From positions 608,001 to 672,000 of the forward strand of contig CBDBGZ010000009.1 in the NCBI GenBank assembly GCA_965205425.1: a stretch of 64,000 nt of DNA. Reading direction: 5' to 3'. The stretch comes from Nitrosopumilus sp. GTDB taxonomy: Archaea > Thermoproteota > Nitrososphaeria > Nitrososphaerales > Nitrosopumilaceae. The notes below the pieces were generated by a model. That model saw only the letters and a list, made by a program, of their open reading frames with translations, was not told the DNA's origin and did no database searches. This document shows, in pieces, positions 30,330 to 39,381 of the stretch (its first letter is position 1; each line of letters starts with the position of its first letter). Position numbers and translations under genes: made by a program.

Positions 30330-30416
30330 TTATTGTTTTTGGATATCTGTTCCACAATGAACGCAAAAATAAGACCCATTAGGAGCCCAATAATGTTCAC
30401 AGTCTGAATCATCCAT
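30330..30416 (-). CDS. 28-aa CxH/CxxC zinc-knuckle microprotein (not in ORF track)
   Basis: MDDSDCEHYWAPNGSYFCVHCGTDIQKQ. Confidence 0.55.
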   Translation of the reverse strand: MDDSDCEHYWAPNGSYFCVHCGTDIQKQ

Positions 30417-30868
30417 ATTTGATTATGATATTTTTGATTCATTATCTCCATAGATTGTGATTTTGTACCAAATACGAAAAAAAATTCACATGCTTTTGTG
30501 TCGAAATGGATCCATGGGGATTCACCTACTAAATTGTGGATAGAAAGGACGCAGTTTTAGTTTGACACTAATAATTCAAAATAATTTCACAGTATGCAAA
30601 AAATTAGAATGGGATGAAATCATCCACAGATGTAACAATTATCACACCTTTACTGTCACCACCAATAGATTTCTTTATTGCATCAGATGTGGATTGAACC
30701 TTGTCTGAATCTACTATTGTAGCTATTATTTTTCGTGGAAGGTGTGAACTTGTGGTACTTGTTCCTCTACCAGAATGTGTTTGTTCTGTTTCTTTGCCTG
30801 CACTCTTTACGTCATATATTATGGCGTCAAGATTAAGCTCTCTTAGAGATACAATTACTGCATCAGCC

Positions 30869-31894
30869 GGGTGTGTCCTAAAAGTAGACAAATATAACAA
30901 TTTTATTCAATTCTGTAACATATTGATCGCATGGAATCACAACAACTATGCAAAACAAATCAAAAAGAGACTGGCAAGTATATGGCACATATCGCAAGGA
31001 TGAGGAGATTCTATTCTTGGAAAAAGTAAAGAAGACAGTTTGGAGTATGGATACACCATGGGAACCAAAGACAGGCGGACGTCCTGCATTTCCAACAAAA
31101 GCAAAGATAATGTGTGCAATGCTAAAGGTAAAGTTTGGATTGGATTATCGTTCCATGGAGTCCCACTTGAGATCAAGGCCGGATCTGTTGGAAATAATGG
31201 AGCTCAAAAAAGCACCAAGCAAGACTGTCATTAATGACAGTCTAAAAAGAATTCCAATGCCTTATTTGAAAAAGGTAAACGCAAAACTCACAGAACCAAT
31301 CAAAAAAAAGACATAGCTCCTGACAGTTCAGGATTTGGTACCAAAAGATGTGAGGCTTGGTTTGACATCAAGACAAACACGCACAAATCCAAGAAATTAT
31401 ATCTAAAACTGCACATCCTAATTGCAATACAGTCCATGGCAATAGTATCTTTTGACATTACTAAAGGAACTCGTGGTGATGCACCAATTCTCAAAAAACT
31501 AATCAAAGACATTCCAAAGGGAATTGGTGATTTTTGTGCAGATCCTGCATATTTGTCACGAGACATTTGCAATATGGTAGCTACTCTGCAAAAGATACCA
31601 TACATCAAACCAAAGAAGAACACAGTTAGAAATCCCAAAGGCTCTGCATCATGGAAAAAAATGATAACATTATTCCAGGACAATCAAGATGAATTTGACA
31701 GACATTATCACAAGAGGTCACTTGTTGAATCAGTATTTGCAGTACTCAAAAGAATCTTTGGAAATAGCTTGTCATCAAAAAACAAGTTGGTTCAAAGAAA
31801 AGAGTTGGCGTTGCGTGTAATTTGTTACAACATACGAGTTGTTAATTTGATGGGGGTTACAAAACATGTTAGAGGATAGTTTTAGGACACACCC
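30869..31894 (+). mobile_element. IS5-family insertion sequence, 1026 bp
   Basis: 18-bp terminal IRs GGGTGTGTCCTAAAAGTA / TAGTTTTAGGACACACCC (17/18 match); 9-bp target duplication GCATCAGCC at 30860-30868 and 31895-31903. Confidence 0.95.
30948..31879 (+). CDS. IS5-family DDE transposase, two ORFs joined by a -1 frameshift at 31304-31310
   Basis: OrfA (GRP, YR..E, P....I) ends at 31316. The -1 frame continues DIAPDSSG...LKLH...ADPAY...IKPK...YHKRSLVESVF; slippery A_AAA_AAG at the junction. Confidence 0.9.
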
Positions 31895-32036
31895 GCATCA
31901 GCCTTTTCATTTTTTACTAATACTGCCAATCTTTTCATTCCATTTGTTTATGTTCAATCATATTTAAGATTGTAAAAATTTAGATTAAAGGTGTTTTATT
32001 GAATATTCTATTATGTTCGACAGTTATCAGGTAGAT

Positions 32037-32150
32037 TTAATGTAGAAAGAATTTTTTTGTATGAGTAAATTCACAATCATCTGAACAAAAACTAGTTTTA
32101 TCTAAGATGAAACTATCATCACAATTTCTGCATTTGGGCATATTATTCAT
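32037..32150 (-). CDS. 37-aa CxxC...FCSxxC (TRASH/FCS-type) metal-binding microprotein (not in ORF track)
   Basis: MNNMPKCRNCDDSFILDKTSFCSDDCEFTHTKKFFLH. Confidence 0.65.
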   Translation of the reverse strand: MNNMPKCRNCDDSFILDKTSFCSDDCEFTHTKKFFLH

Positions 32151-32228
32151 ATTTACGTAACTTCATAAGAAATAGTATGTTCAATTAGCACAACATATTT
32201 TGTCAAAAATCTTTTGAATTTGACTGAT

Positions 32229-33005
32229 TTATTTTTCTACAGGAAGTTCTAATCTATTTCCCCATTCCCCCCAAGAACCAAGATAAACTCGAACATTTTC
32301 AAATCCCAGTTTTTTCAAAACTAGAAAAGAATTGGCAGCCCGATATGCACCTTGACAATAAGTGACAATTTCAGTATCTTTTGGAATATCATACATTTGA
32401 GATAATTTATCATCATTTTTGAAAGTACCATCTTCATTGAGATTTTGGTTCCAATCAATATTGATAGCATTAGGTATATGCCCAGATTGTGCTGCACGGA
32501 TTGTAGATCCATCATATTCTGTAGAGGAGCGAGCATCAAGAATTTTCAAATTATCTAAATTATCTCTAATATTTTCAAATCCTGAAATAATAGCTGGGTT
32601 GATTTTTCCTGAAAATCTAGAGGGTTTGAATCCATTGGGTTTTGTCTCAATGGGGAGATTTTCTTTTTTCCATTTTGTAATTCCTCCATCTAGCATGAAG
32701 ACATTTTCATGTGAAAAATACATCAACATCCAAACACCTCTAGATGCAAGCATTCCAGAAATTGAATCATAAAATATGACTCTTTTCTCAGATGTCACCC
32801 CAAGAAATGAAAGTAAATTTTGTGTTTGATTGTTAAAATTTTCAATTCCTTCTTGAGTTGTATCAATCCAATGAAATGCAAATAAATCCAAATGAACAGA
32901 TCCTGGAATATGTCCTTCAAAATATTCTTTGAAAGAACGAGTATCTACAATGATGACATTAGGATCATTTAGAATTGAATTTAGTTCAGTTGTAGAGATT
33001 AACAT
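32229..33005 (-). CDS. Tandem-domain rhodanese/thiosulfate sulfurtransferase
   Basis: GHIPG, LDGG..KW, GHIP.A, active-site YCQGAYRA and Y.GSWGEW motifs. Confidence 0.93.
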   Translation of the reverse strand: MLISTTELNSILNDPNVIIVDTRSFKEYFEGHIPGSVHLDLFAFHWIDTTQEGIENFNNQTQNLLSFLGVTSEKRVIFYDSISGMLASRGVWMLMYFSHENVFMLDGGITKWKKENLPIETKPNGFKPSRFSGKINPAIISGFENIRDNLDNLKILDARSSTEYDGSTIRAAQSGHIPNAINIDWNQNLNEDGTFKNDDKLSQMYDIPKDTEIVTYCQGAYRAANSFLVLKKLGFENVRVYLGSWGEWGNRLELPVEK

Positions 33006-33076
33006 AATTTAGATAAAATGATCAGGACTAAATTGATTTGGATTAAAATAAAAAGAAGAAAAAAAGGGTTTTTTTT

Positions 33077-34639
33077 CTATTCGTTAACGTATGCTCTTTC
33101 GCCATGCTGTGCCAAATCGAGACCAATCTCCTCTTCTTTAGGAGTGACTCTGATTCCGCCAGGCCATACGGCATCCATTACTTTTAGGATTACAATTGTA
33201 ACACCAAAGGCATAGCCTATTGATATTGCAGCACCAATGATGCTGATTGCTTGCTGTTCCATTCCTTCTGCAGTACCAGTCCATGCTCCGATACCGTCTC
33301 CAGTATCCCAAACGTGTGGGCTAGCTAATGTACCAGTCAAAATTGCACCTGTAAGACCACCCATTCCATGTACTCCCCATACATCTAATGCATCGTCCCA
33401 TTTGCGTGCACTCTTGAATGCTATTGCTGCATAACAAATTGTACCAGCTGCAATACCGATTATAATCGCAGCCATTGGACCTACCCAACCTGAGGCTGGT
33501 GTGATTGCTACCAATCCTGCTACTGCTCCTGATGCAGCTCCTACGACACTTGGTTTTCCTGTATGTGCCCAAGACATGAGCACCCAAGTGACTGCAGCCA
33601 TACCAGTTGCTGTATTTGTAACAGTCCATGCGCTGACGGTAATGCCGTCTACCATAACTTCACTTCCTGCATTGAAACCAAACCATCCAAACCAGAGTAT
33701 TCCTGCACCGAGGACTACCATTGGGATATTGTGTGGTTCCATTGGCACTTTGCCATATCCGAGACGTCTGCCAAGGACTAAGGCTCCAGCCAATGCTGCA
33801 AATCCTGAAGATATGTGTACTACAGTACCACCTGCAAAGTCTAATGCATAAGATGGCGATAAGTCTGGATCAAGGTCAATTGAACCTCCTCCTATGTAGC
33901 CTCCTCCCCAAACCCAATGTGCAATTGGGTCATAAACGAAGGTACCCCATAAGAGTACGAATACGATCAATGCGCTGAATTTGATTCTGTCAATCAAACC
34001 ACCAATAATTAGAACTGGTGTAATGATTGCGAAGGTTGCTTGGAACATTGCAAAGAGTTGGTGAGGTACTGTACCTGGCCAACCTTGACTACAATAGTCG
34101 CCATCCTTCATTTCATTCATCTGATAAGCATTAGACCATGTATCTGCACATGGACCTACTTCACCGAGAGGTGCCCATGCTGAGACTTGATTAAAGCCAA
34201 CATAATCTAAGTTACCCATGAATAAGTTTGCGTCAGAATCAACTCCACCAAATGCTAGTGAGTATCCCCATAGAACCCATTGTACTGACATTAGACCCAT
34301 TACAATAAGGGTCATACCAAGTACGTTGACGATGTTCTTTGATCTGGCTAATCCGCCATAAAAGAAACCGACTCCGGGAGACATGAGTAGTACCATTGAT
34401 GTTGCAGTTAGCATCCATGCTGTATCACCTGTGTCTATAAGACAAGGTAGCATGCCGCCTTCGCCATCATCATACCAACATTCGTTAGGGTTACCAGTGT
34501 AAATTCCACTGGTTCCTGCTACATATCCGTCCATACCATCTTCAACACTTTGTGCATATGCCTGAGACATAGCACCAGTTGCTGTGATAGATACTGCGGC
34601 TACAAGTAATAGAGCATACTTGTAGTTCCTAGAATTCAT
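33077..34639 (-). CDS. amt: Ammonium transporter (Amt) with extended Cys-containing extracellular segments
   Basis: GDTAW, FQATFA, DFAGGTVVH, WFGWFGFNAGS and DDALDVWGVHG motifs. Confidence 0.98.
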   Translation of the reverse strand: MNSRNYKYALLLVAAVSITATGAMSQAYAQSVEDGMDGYVAGTSGIYTGNPNECWYDDGEGGMLPCLIDTGDTAWMLTATSMVLLMSPGVGFFYGGLARSKNIVNVLGMTLIVMGLMSVQWVLWGYSLAFGGVDSDANLFMGNLDYVGFNQVSAWAPLGEVGPCADTWSNAYQMNEMKDGDYCSQGWPGTVPHQLFAMFQATFAIITPVLIIGGLIDRIKFSALIVFVLLWGTFVYDPIAHWVWGGGYIGGGSIDLDPDLSPSYALDFAGGTVVHISSGFAALAGALVLGRRLGYGKVPMEPHNIPMVVLGAGILWFGWFGFNAGSEVMVDGITVSAWTVTNTATGMAAVTWVLMSWAHTGKPSVVGAASGAVAGLVAITPASGWVGPMAAIIIGIAAGTICYAAIAFKSARKWDDALDVWGVHGMGGLTGAILTGTLASPHVWDTGDGIGAWTGTAEGMEQQAISIIGAAISIGYAFGVTIVILKVMDAVWPGGIRVTPKEEEIGLDLAQHGERAYVNE

Positions 34640-34766
34640 TAAATTTATCGAAATTGAAAATTATTTAAGCATTGGAGACTCGAAAGAGTACAAAAAAGTA
34701 AATTATTATATTTTAGTATATTCTGATAATAACATAAAAGATGAATATTATGATAAAGGTGAGTAA

Positions 34767-35435
34767 ATGAAAGTCAAATCTTATACGAAATTAGCAATTT
34801 TTGATACATTCAAGACAAAAGGAAGTGATCTTACTGGAGAAGCAAATAGACAAAGAGCGATCATCGCCATCCTTGGCAGTAATGCAAATCCTGCAGAAAG
34901 AACAAGGACTGGAATTTCACAGAGAATTGCAAAAAAGCATGATATTGCCTGGAAGAACATCTATTCTGGAATATTTCGGGATTTAGATGAAATTTTACTT
35001 CCTATGGGGATAGCCGAAGAAGATGGCAGATTACCTTTGAAAAGAGGACCAAAAGCATTACAGGAAAAAGGGATTCCATATTATCATTTAACAAAGAAGG
35101 GAACTTTGGTAGCATTATCAATTAACGAATGTAAAAATAGAGAAAATCTTCTGATCGAGTTTTTCTCAAAGTCCGAACCAAAAGAGAAGGAATTTGAGAA
35201 GATTCTTTCTAGTCTTTTAAAGACAAGTCCTATTTTCACATATTCAATATTTCAAAAATATGTCAAGGCATTTTGTGAAAATAAAATCAAAGAATTACTC
35301 CCATTTGATCTCTCAAAATTACAAGATATTTCAGATGAATCTCTGATTATTCAGAAAGAGATTCTTTCTGCTTTTGCTAATTTATCAAAACAAGAAAAAG
35401 ATGAAGCCATAGTATTTTTAGATAAAATTACCTAG
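34767..35435 (+). CDS. Putative winged-helix protein divergent from amt
   Basis: Helix-turn-helix-like segment (TRTGISQRIA...IYSGIFRDLDE.L) followed by a wing with a YY.LT.KG motif. Confidence 0.6.
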   Translation: MKVKSYTKLAIFDTFKTKGSDLTGEANRQRAIIAILGSNANPAERTRTGISQRIAKKHDIAWKNIYSGIFRDLDEILLPMGIAEEDGRLPLKRGPKALQEKGIPYYHLTKKGTLVALSINECKNRENLLIEFFSKSEPKEKEFEKILSSLLKTSPIFTYSIFQKYVKAFCENKIKELLPFDLSKLQDISDESLIIQKEILSAFANLSKQEKDEAIVFLDKIT

Positions 35436-35488
35436 GATTTGTTCCTAGAAACAGATCGCCAAACATTAAAATCAGTTGCATAGAGAGA

Positions 35489-36535
35489 TTGATCGAAATG
35501 GGCGGTTCTAAGAATGTCTATGCCTCAGTAAAAGCATACAGTAAACGAGGTAAATTACTTACAAGAGCAGATTTCCAAACACTTGCTGAATCAAGAGATT
35601 TGGAAGAGTTGATGACTAGAATCAAAAATACAGTATATGGAGAAGCTGTAGCAGATGTCCAAAAACCATATACTTCACAAACCATCGAATCAGCCCTTAG
35701 AAGTAAATTGGCTGATATTCATTATTCTATTGCAAAGACCTCAGGAAATTCTGGAGTATTAGATGCATATTATATGAAATTCATTGTTTCAAATTTGAAA
35801 TTAATTTTAAAAGGTAAAATCTTAGGAAAGCCTCAAGAAGAGATTGAATCCCATGTTAATCTTCATGCAGAGGAATTAATCAAACAAAGAGATGTTGTAG
35901 TTAAAGCACTGGTTGCCAAAGACTTTGAAGAAGCAGTTGCAAGTTTGAATTCAGTTCAATTTGCAGATGAGATTACAAAAGCTGCAGCATTATACAATGA
36001 AAAGAAAAACCTCCAAATCTTTGATACATATTTTGATAAAATATTATTCCAACACCTTGCAGGTGCTATGAAGAATTATGCAGATAAAGAAGCAACAAAA
36101 ATAGTTTCAATAGATATTGATTTTTACAATATTTTGAGTGTGATTAGAGGAAAATTTTGGGGACTACAAGAAGAACAAATTCAAGATTTGATAATTAGTA
36201 CCAGCCCACCAGCAAAAGAATTACTTGGAAGAATGATGACAGCAGCTACAGTTAGGGATGCATTCAATGAATTATCAAGTACAAAATACAAGGATTTGGT
36301 TCCTCAAGTTGAAAATGAATTAGATGCTATTGCCCAATTTGAAAGAGCATTTGAATTATCAATTTACAGTTCATCTCTGAGATCATTCACAAAGATGTTT
36401 AGCTTTGCAACAATTGTAGGAATTACAAAATTAACCTCATTTGAAATTAGAAATCTAGCAGCCATTGCTTTTGCTGTAGAACAAAAGATTCCAACTGAGA
36501 CTACAATGTCAAAGTTAATCCTAGAAGAAGAATAG
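35489..36535 (+). CDS. atpC: A/V-type ATP synthase subunit C/d
   Basis: YA.VKA...KLL, ID.YNI...RGK and E..NL..I motifs. Confidence 0.92.
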   Translation: MIEMGGSKNVYASVKAYSKRGKLLTRADFQTLAESRDLEELMTRIKNTVYGEAVADVQKPYTSQTIESALRSKLADIHYSIAKTSGNSGVLDAYYMKFIVSNLKLILKGKILGKPQEEIESHVNLHAEELIKQRDVVVKALVAKDFEEAVASLNSVQFADEITKAAALYNEKKNLQIFDTYFDKILFQHLAGAMKNYADKEATKIVSIDIDFYNILSVIRGKFWGLQEEQIQDLIISTSPPAKELLGRMMTAATVRDAFNELSSTKYKDLVPQVENELDAIAQFERAFELSIYSSSLRSFTKMFSFATIVGITKLTSFEIRNLAAIAFAVEQKIPTETTMSKLILEEE

Positions 36536-36545
36536 GATTTTTGAA

Positions 36546-36782
36546 ATGTTCAATTTTCCAAAGAAAAAAACTGAAATTTCTACTGAAGTATTAATCAAGT
36601 TTATCTGGGTAAGTTCATTTTTAGCCATGATTTTTGCCCTTCCTCCATTGGCAGTATTCTTAGGAATTTATTTTCTAACAGGAGAACTCATAATTGGTGC
36701 AGTTATTGGATTTGGCCTTCATTTTGTTATTCTAGCTTTTTCAGGAAAGATTTCAAAGGTAATTACCAAACTTGTGAGCTAA
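36546..36782 (+). CDS. Small 2-TM hypothetical protein
   Basis: Two hydrophobic helices; co-oriented downstream of atpC. Confidence 0.75.
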   Translation: MFNFPKKKTEISTEVLIKFIWVSSFLAMIFALPPLAVFLGIYFLTGELIIGAVIGFGLHFVILAFSGKISKVITKLVS

Positions 36783-36814
36783 GTATAAGAAGTCAAACAG
36801 GAAGATGATGTATT

Positions 36815-37465
36815 ATGATGGGAGATAGAGATTTTCGAGGCACTGTTGAAAATGCATTAAGCTCTATTGGAAAAGAGTTAGAAATTGACATAGATTCAGC
36901 AGATATTCAGACTATACATCTTCATGAGGCTGTTCAATGCCTAAGACGTTCATATTACGATAGAATCGATCCTCAAGAAATTCAAAGAAAAGGATTCAAT
37001 GAGCTTCTTACGGGATTACTTAGAAAACTACAATATGGAAGCGACCCAAAAGAATTTGATATTGAAGATATCAAACTAAAAGGCCAAGTAGACATGCTTG
37101 TTGATGATTCAATCTTCTTATTTAGAGGATCAACAAATGAATTAGAGAATCCTTTAGCAAATGATGTTCTTTATCTCAATGCTTGTATGTGGATTTATGA
37201 TAAACCAGATGGAATTATTGTTTACATTACTGGAGATAGAAAAGAAACTACATTTTCAATCTCACGAAATAAAAAGATGTTTGAGGAAGTAGTCCGACGA
37301 GTTCGAGTTCTAAATGATCTACTAAAAGAGAAAAAAACCCCCATCCTAGAACCATCCACTGAGTGTAACGATTGTCAATATTATGAAAGATGTTTTATGA
37401 AAAAGAAAAATACCAAACAATTAGACCTATCAGAAATGTTAGGTTTTGGCGACAAGAAAGATTAG
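36815..37465 (+). CDS. Solo Cas4-like PD-(D/E)XK-fold Fe-S protein with a degenerate catalytic motif
   Basis: C.RR.YY at the N-terminus plus C-terminal ECNDCQYYERC (1+3 Cys); GQVD present but no ExK. Confidence 0.8.
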   Translation: MMGDRDFRGTVENALSSIGKELEIDIDSADIQTIHLHEAVQCLRRSYYDRIDPQEIQRKGFNELLTGLLRKLQYGSDPKEFDIEDIKLKGQVDMLVDDSIFLFRGSTNELENPLANDVLYLNACMWIYDKPDGIIVYITGDRKETTFSISRNKKMFEEVVRRVRVLNDLLKEKKTPILEPSTECNDCQYYERCFMKKKNTKQLDLSEMLGFGDKKD

Positions 37466-37506
37466 TGAAAAATTAGAAAAATGTTGTAAAGGAAAAATTC
37501 CTTTGT

Positions 37507-37617
37507 TTAATCGAGTGGTTCCGGATGTCCTTTACCACGAAGAGCGAAACACACTACTGCGAGTGCAATTGCGACTCCTGCTGCTGCGCCAAATGCGGCC
37601 ATACCTGCTTCTGCCAT
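37507..37617 (-). CDS. 36-aa single-TM microprotein (not in ORF track)
   Basis: MAEAGMAAFGAAAGVAIALAVVCFALRGKGHPEPLD; locally high GC; TTATAAAA box about 25 nt upstream; T-rich tract downstream. Confidence 0.8.
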   Translation of the reverse strand: MAEAGMAAFGAAAGVAIALAVVCFALRGKGHPEPLD

Positions 37618-37715
37618 TTGATAAAAAACAATGAAACGGGCTTTTATAACTTTGCCAATATTTTTTCTCTAAAAACATATTATCACAATTTTAAGATTTT
37701 ATGATACTATTGAGT

Positions 37716-38270
37716 TTATTTTGTAAATTCGAAATGAAGTTCATTTTCTTGACCGCTAGTCATTGAACTTAGATTGTAAAAGACATCGCCTGATACTCTC
37801 CATGATGGATTATCATTTTCAAAGGCTTGCCAAAGATCGGCAGTGTTTCCAGAATTTTTAATTGTCTTAGAATCTCTTAAAATGATTGAATTTTCACCAA
37901 GTAGCGTATAGTAATTTGAACCAAATTCAACCATTCCTGTAGGTCTACTACCTATTTCACCACCAGTAATTTGTTCAGTATCAGAATATCCTGTTTCATA
38001 TAATTGATAATCCATAGTTTGTACAATCATAGCACGTGGATTTGGATTTGAAAGTTTGAAAGCTATTTCAATAGTAACTGATCGTTCAGATATTTTGGCA
38101 ATTGAAATATCTTCTAATTCAATTTGAACAGGTTTTACTTGTGGTATACTAGAAGTTTCTGGATTGCTCTCTTGATTTGTAATTTCAATTGTAGGTCCTG
38201 TTAATAGAATTCCACCTAAAATTATAGCAAGGGCTCCAACTGCAGCACCAACAAAAATTTTAGGATTCAT
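37716..38270 (-). CDS. Membrane-anchored LEA_2/WHy-like domain protein
   Basis: N-terminal TM; F.LSNPN.....MDY.L motif. Confidence 0.7.
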   Translation of the reverse strand: MNPKIFVGAAVGALAIILGGILLTGPTIEITNQESNPETSSIPQVKPVQIELEDISIAKISERSVTIEIAFKLSNPNPRAMIVQTMDYQLYETGYSDTEQITGGEIGSRPTGMVEFGSNYYTLLGENSIILRDSKTIKNSGNTADLWQAFENDNPSWRVSGDVFYNLSSMTSGQENELHFEFTK

Positions 38271-38340
38271 AAATTTTGCATTTCTCCTACATATCTTAAA
38301 TGTTAAGATAGTTATTATACCATTCCAGATAGAAAAAATT

Positions 38341-38697
38341 GTGCAGTATTTTCAAGCAGTACAACAAGGAAAACAAAGAGCAAGTAAATCACAAATGAAG
38401 ATGTTTGAAGTAGCTGGATTTGGAATGTTAACTTTAACAACCAAAAAGATTGATGGAAAATTTTATCCAGTAGGAGAAGAAGAATTTACTGCAGTAATCG
38501 AATCACCAGACGGGCATGTAACAGTGATAGTAGACAAGGATGGTTTTACGAAGGCCCAATCCAAGGCTGTGGAAAAGGAAGAAGCCTTGTTAATTTACAA
38601 AAAACTAAGAGATACAGGAATTTCAGAATATCCTGAAAAAGAGATTCAAATTTGGTCAGAAACAAGACCAACTATTCAAAACAATAATTCTGAATAA
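38341..38697 (+). CDS. Hypothetical protein
   Basis: 118-aa ORF with a TTATA box upstream; no family recognised. Confidence 0.7.
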   Translation: MQYFQAVQQGKQRASKSQMKMFEVAGFGMLTLTTKKIDGKFYPVGEEEFTAVIESPDGHVTVIVDKDGFTKAQSKAVEKEEALLIYKKLRDTGISEYPEKEIQIWSETRPTIQNNNSE

Positions 38698-39381
38698 TTA
38701 TTTTGAAGGAAGAATAATTTGGGTGCCAACATCGCCACCTTTGATTGCTTTTTCAATGATTTTTGGATCTGCTTTTAAAATTCTTGTTTTGATTTTTGAA
38801 CGTTCAATAATTTTTAGAGCAACAATATCCATTAAATCATAACCACCAGCAACAGAATCTTCATGAACTAACATATTTTTCAAATTTTTCATTTCAATAC
38901 GTTTGAATTTTTTTGCTTTTTTGAATTTATTTGGATCCATATCATAAACACCAGCAACATCAGTTGCATTTAGAAATTGTTCAGCTTTAACTTTCTCTGC
39001 AATCAGAGCAGCAGTACCATTAGTACTTTGACCAGGATGAAGACCACCTGCTACTACAATTAATCCATCATCTACTGCATGTCTAACTTCCTGCAAAGTA
39101 GTTGGTGGATGTGAATATGCTTTATTCTTTAGAGCATAAATCAACAATTTTGCATTAAGTCTTGAAATTTCAATTCCTAGTTCATCAAGAGTAGATTCAT
39201 CAGCACCAGAAGATCTTGCATGGGAAATATAATGTCGTGCTATAGTTCCCCCTCCAGCAATAACAATTGGTTGGCAAACTTTGCTAATTTTTACTAAAAA
39301 TGTAGCATAATCTTTCAAAACTTTGACGTTATCCATGGCAAAAACGCGTCCAGATAATTTAATTACAATTCGTTTTTTCAC
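38698..39381 (-). CDS. pyrH: Uridylate kinase
   Basis: VIKLSG, GGG.IAR, PGQST and TDV.GVY..DP motifs. Confidence 0.95.
   Translation of the reverse strand: MKKRIVIKLSGRVFAMDNVKVLKDYATFLVKISKVCQPIVIAGGGTIARHYISHARSSGADESTLDELGIEISRLNAKLLIYALKNKAYSHPPTTLQEVRHAVDDGLIVVAGGLHPGQSTNGTAALIAEKVKAEQFLNATDVAGVYDMDPNKFKKAKKFKRIEMKNLKNMLVHEDSVAGGYDLMDIVALKIIERSKIKTRILKADPKIIEKAIKGGDVGTQIILPSK

Larger units (their letters stand above)
30604..31938 (-). pseudogene. P-II family (GlnB/GlnK-like) nitrogen regulator interrupted by an IS
   Basis: Removing the IS and one target duplication gives an intact 99-aa ORF: MKRLAVLVKNEKADAVIVSLREL...YDVKSAGKE....SGRGT...PRKIIATIV...GVIIVTSVDD. Confidence 0.85.

Noticed and set aside
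30946..31683. Extra ORFs inside the IS as cargo genes
   Set aside because: They fully overlap the transposase frames, leaving no room for cargo in 1026 bp.
33077..34639. Higher GC of amt as evidence of horizontal transfer
   Set aside because: Consistent with a Gly/Ala-rich, highly expressed gene; atpK and the cupredoxin show the same bias.
37446..37634. 62-aa + strand ORF, or a tRNA/ncRNA suggested by local high GC
   Set aside because: No cloverleaf or T-loop motif; better explained by the 36-aa minus-strand gene with its own TATA box.
36815..37700. CRISPR-Cas locus around the Cas4-like gene
   Set aside because: No cas1/cas2, effector genes or repeat-spacer array in the window.
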